From assembly GCA_002897955.1 (NCBI GenBank), contig BDTY01000099.1, positions 1 through 47,630 on the forward strand: a DNA stretch of 47,630 nt. Direction: 5' to 3'. The stretch is from an archaeon BMS3Bbin15. GTDB lineage: Archaea > Hydrothermarchaeota > Hydrothermarchaeia > Hydrothermarchaeales > BMS3B. Below are positions 45,275 to 47,630 of the stretch, piece by piece. Every line of letters starts with the position of its first letter. The first letter of the stretch is position 1. The position numbers were made by a program, and so were the translations under genes. A model generated the notes under the pieces. That model saw only the letters and a program-made list of their open reading frames with translations. It made no database searches and had not been told where the DNA came from.

Positions 45275-47461
45275 ATGCAGGTAGAGCTGAAAGTTGCAGA
45301 GGCAATGCAGAATGACGTGGGCAGAGGTATTATAAGGCTTGATACAAAAACCAGAGAGATTCTTGGAATTTCTACGGGAGATATTGTTGAGATTGATGGC
45401 AAAAGAAAAACTGTTGCGATTGTCTGGCGTGCCTATGCAGAGGATGAAGGTTTAGGAATAATAAGAATGGATGGAATCCTCAGGCAGAATGCTGAAGTTT
45501 CTCTTGGGGAAACTGTCAGTATTAAAAAGGCTGAAGCCAAAGATGTAAAAAAAGTAACAATTTCACCCAATCAGGCTATACGCTTTTCAGCAGGTTTTGG
45601 AGATTTTATAAAAAGAAGACTTCTCGGAAGACCTTTAATAAAGGGAGATAAGATTGTGGTCGGAGTTCTCGGCACAACCCTTCCTTTCACTGTAACCCAG
45701 ACTTACCCTTCAGGTATAGTCAAAGTGACTGATAAAACCCAGATAATTGTCAAGGAAGAGCCCATGAGAGAAAAGGCTGGAATACCCAGTATAGCCTATG
45801 AAGATATAGGTGGTCTCAAGGATGAAGTTCAGAAAATTCGCGAGTTGATTGAACTTCCCATGAAGCATCCCGAACTCTTCGAACACTTGGGCATAGAGCC
45901 GCCCAAGGGTGTGCTCCTTCATGGTCCACCGGGTACAGGTAAAACACTTATAGCCAGAGCAGTTGCAAATGAAACAAATGCATTCTTTATACCTCTAAAC
46001 GGCCCCGAAATAATGAGCAAATTCTACGGGGAAAGTGAAGAGAACCTCAGGAAGGTATTCAAAGAAGGAGAGGACAATGCTCCAAGTATTATTTTCATAG
46101 ATGAACTGGATGCCATAGCTCCGAAAAGAGAGGAGGTTCATGGTGAGGTTGAGCGCAGGGTTGTTGCCCAGCTTCTCTCACTGATGGATGGCCTTAAATC
46201 ACGTGGACGGGTTGTTGTCATAGGTGCAACAAATAGGCCTGATACAATTGACCCTGCTCTGAGAAGACCCGGCAGGTTTGACCGGGAGATAATAATAGGT
46301 GTGCCTGACAGAAATGCCAGAAAGGAAATTCTGCAGATTCATACAAGAGGCATGCCCCTAACAGAGGATGTTGACCTGGATGAATTCGCAGATATAACTC
46401 ACGGTTTTGTTGGTGCGGATTTAGAGGCACTGTGCAAAGAGGCTGCCATGAACACTCTCAGAAGAATCCTTCCAGAAATTGACCTTGAAGAGGAGACAGT
46501 GCCTCCGGATATACTTGAAAGCCTTGAGGTAACAAAGGAGGATTTCAAAGAAGCCTGGAAATCCATAGAACCCAGTGCTTTGAGAGAAGTTTATGTTGAA
46601 GTGCCCAATATAAAATGGGAAGATATAGGTGGTCTTTCAGATATCAAAGCTAAGCTCAGGGAAGCTGTTGAATGGCCAATAAAATATCCCGAAGCTTTTG
46701 TTAAGCTGGGAATCAAGCCAACCAAAGGTATTCTTCTTTTTGGCCCACCTGGCACAGGTAAAACAATGCTTGCAAAAGCAGTGGCAAATGAGACAGATGC
46801 CAACTTTATAAATGTCAAAGGCCCTGAAGTTCTCAGCAAATGGGTTGGTGAAAGTGAAAAAACAATGAGAGAGATATTCAAAAAAGCAAAGCATGCCGCA
46901 CCAACAGTCGTCTTCTTTGATGAGATAGATGCAATAGCAAGTACAAGAAGTGTTGAGGCTGGAACAAGGGTAAGTGAGAGAGTGTTGAATCAGCTTCTAA
47001 CTGAGATGGATGGTCTCGAAGAGCTTCACAATGTACTTATAATAGCAGCAACAAACAGACCGGATATCCTTGACCCTGCTCTTATAAGGCCTGGAAGATT
47101 TGACAAGATTCTACTTGTCCAGGCCCCAGATGAGAAGGCAAGAAGAGAGATATTTAAGGTTCATACGAGAGGCATGCCACTTAAAGATGATGTTAATCTC
47201 AAAGAGCTTGCAAAAGAGACAGAAAGCTTCTCAGGTGCAGATATAGAGGCTCTATGCAGGGAAGCTGCTCTACTGGCCATGAAAGAGGCTATAAAGAATG
47301 AGAATGAAAATCTGGATGACAAGAATGTGGAGAGAAGACACTTCAAGAAAGCTCTCAAACATGTAAGGCCAAGCACAACACCTGAGATGATAAAGAGTTA
47401 TGAGCAGTTTTTAAGAAGGTATGAAAGCAGAGAACTTGAGAAGCTTGTGTATATGGCATAG
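45275..47461 (+). CDS. cdc48: Cdc48/VCP/VAT-type AAA+ ATPase (paralog 2)
   Basis: Same architecture as paralog 1 ([19 protein letters not shown], two GPPGTGKT modules); 728 aa. Confidence 0.9.
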   Translation: MQVELKVAEAMQNDVGRGIIRLDTKTREILGISTGDIVEIDGKRKTVAIVWRAYAEDEGLGIIRMDGILRQNAEVSLGETVSIKKAEAKDVKKVTISPNQAIRFSAGFGDFIKRRLLGRPLIKGDKIVVGVLGTTLPFTVTQTYPSGIVKVTDKTQIIVKEEPMREKAGIPSIAYEDIGGLKDEVQKIRELIELPMKHPELFEHLGIEPPKGVLLHGPPGTGKTLIARAVANETNAFFIPLNGPEIMSKFYGESEENLRKVFKEGEDNAPSIIFIDELDAIAPKREEVHGEVERRVVAQLLSLMDGLKSRGRVVVIGATNRPDTIDPALRRPGRFDREIIIGVPDRNARKEILQIHTRGMPLTEDVDLDEFADITHGFVGADLEALCKEAAMNTLRRILPEIDLEEETVPPDILESLEVTKEDFKEAWKSIEPSALREVYVEVPNIKWEDIGGLSDIKAKLREAVEWPIKYPEAFVKLGIKPTKGILLFGPPGTGKTMLAKAVANETDANFINVKGPEVLSKWVGESEKTMREIFKKAKHAAPTVVFFDEIDAIASTRSVEAGTRVSERVLNQLLTEMDGLEELHNVLIIAATNRPDILDPALIRPGRFDKILLVQAPDEKARREIFKVHTRGMPLKDDVNLKELAKETESFSGADIEALCREAALLAMKEAIKNENENLDDKNVERRHFKKALKHVRPSTTPEMIKSYEQFLRRYESRELEKLVYMA

Positions 47462-47464
47462 ATT

Positions 47465-47630
47465 CTAATAGAACATCTTTTTCAATCTTTTAATTCTCTC
47501 CTCAGTTGGCGGATGTGTTGAGAATAGTTTTGCCATAGCCACCTTTTTGAATGGATTCACAATAAACATATGAGCCGTTGACGGATTGGCATTTTTCATC
47601 GGATTCCTTGCCACTCCCTTTTCAAGTTTT
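47465..47630 (-). CDS. htpX: HtpX-like M48 protease, C-terminal part (gene continues beyond the window)
   Basis: The reverse-strand translation ends ...[53 protein letters not shown] is the conserved HtpX C-terminus. Confidence 0.7.
   Translation of the reverse strand, partial: KLEKGVARNPMKNANPSTAHMFIVNPFKKVAMAKLFSTHPPTEERIKRLKKMFY

Overview
Archaeal chromosomal window from a methanogen- or methanotroph-type euryarchaeon. All function calls rest on motif recognition by eye in the supplied translations; no searches or computations were run.

Housekeeping content (about 60 genes):
- Six-gene formylmethanofuran dehydrogenase operon (fwd/fmd FGDBAC order).
- C1-cofactor genes: F420 FO-synthase cofG/cofH, methanofuran gene mfnB, and a pterin-binding DHPS-like gene.
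- Information processing: TFB, TFE, Gar1, eL33, diphthine synthase, Trm5.
- Central metabolism: two-subunit class I fumarase, hisB, prs, rpiA.
- A proteostasis cluster: Hsp20, thioredoxin-like protein, two tandem Cdc48 genes and a partial HtpX.

Three accessory insertions interrupt this backbone:
1. An IS1182/IS5-like insertion sequence (144-2174). It has 29-bp inverted repeats and carries an AbrB-like passenger ORF. It sits 9 nt upstream of an orphan A/V-ATPase subunit-I-like gene that is translationally coupled to a USP and a geranylgeranyl-reductase-like flavoprotein.
2. An 872-bp vapBC cassette bracketed by a ~80-bp direct duplication of the junction between two host genes (22365-23399). 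No recombinase is present.
3. A visibly AT-rich restriction-modification-like island (about 28059-30583). It contains an intact beta-class DNA methyltransferase, a small wHTH regulator, a divergent 220-aa protein with no motif I recognise, and two decayed methyltransferase fragments. It may have been inserted into a resident methyltransferase gene.

The best candidates for something undescribed are the wHTH/MTase/unknown-220-aa module and the repeat-bracketed vapBC cassette.

Other oddities:
- An FwdG-like ferredoxin fused to a wHTH-like, coiled-coil extension.
- A tfb reading frame with no ATG/GTG/TTG start.
- A more homogenised D1 tract between the two Cdc48 paralogs.
- A frameshifted wHTH gene.
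- A decayed SAM-methyltransferase.
- A pair of paralogous membrane-anchored coiled-coil proteins.

No rRNA, tRNA or CRISPR array was recognised.
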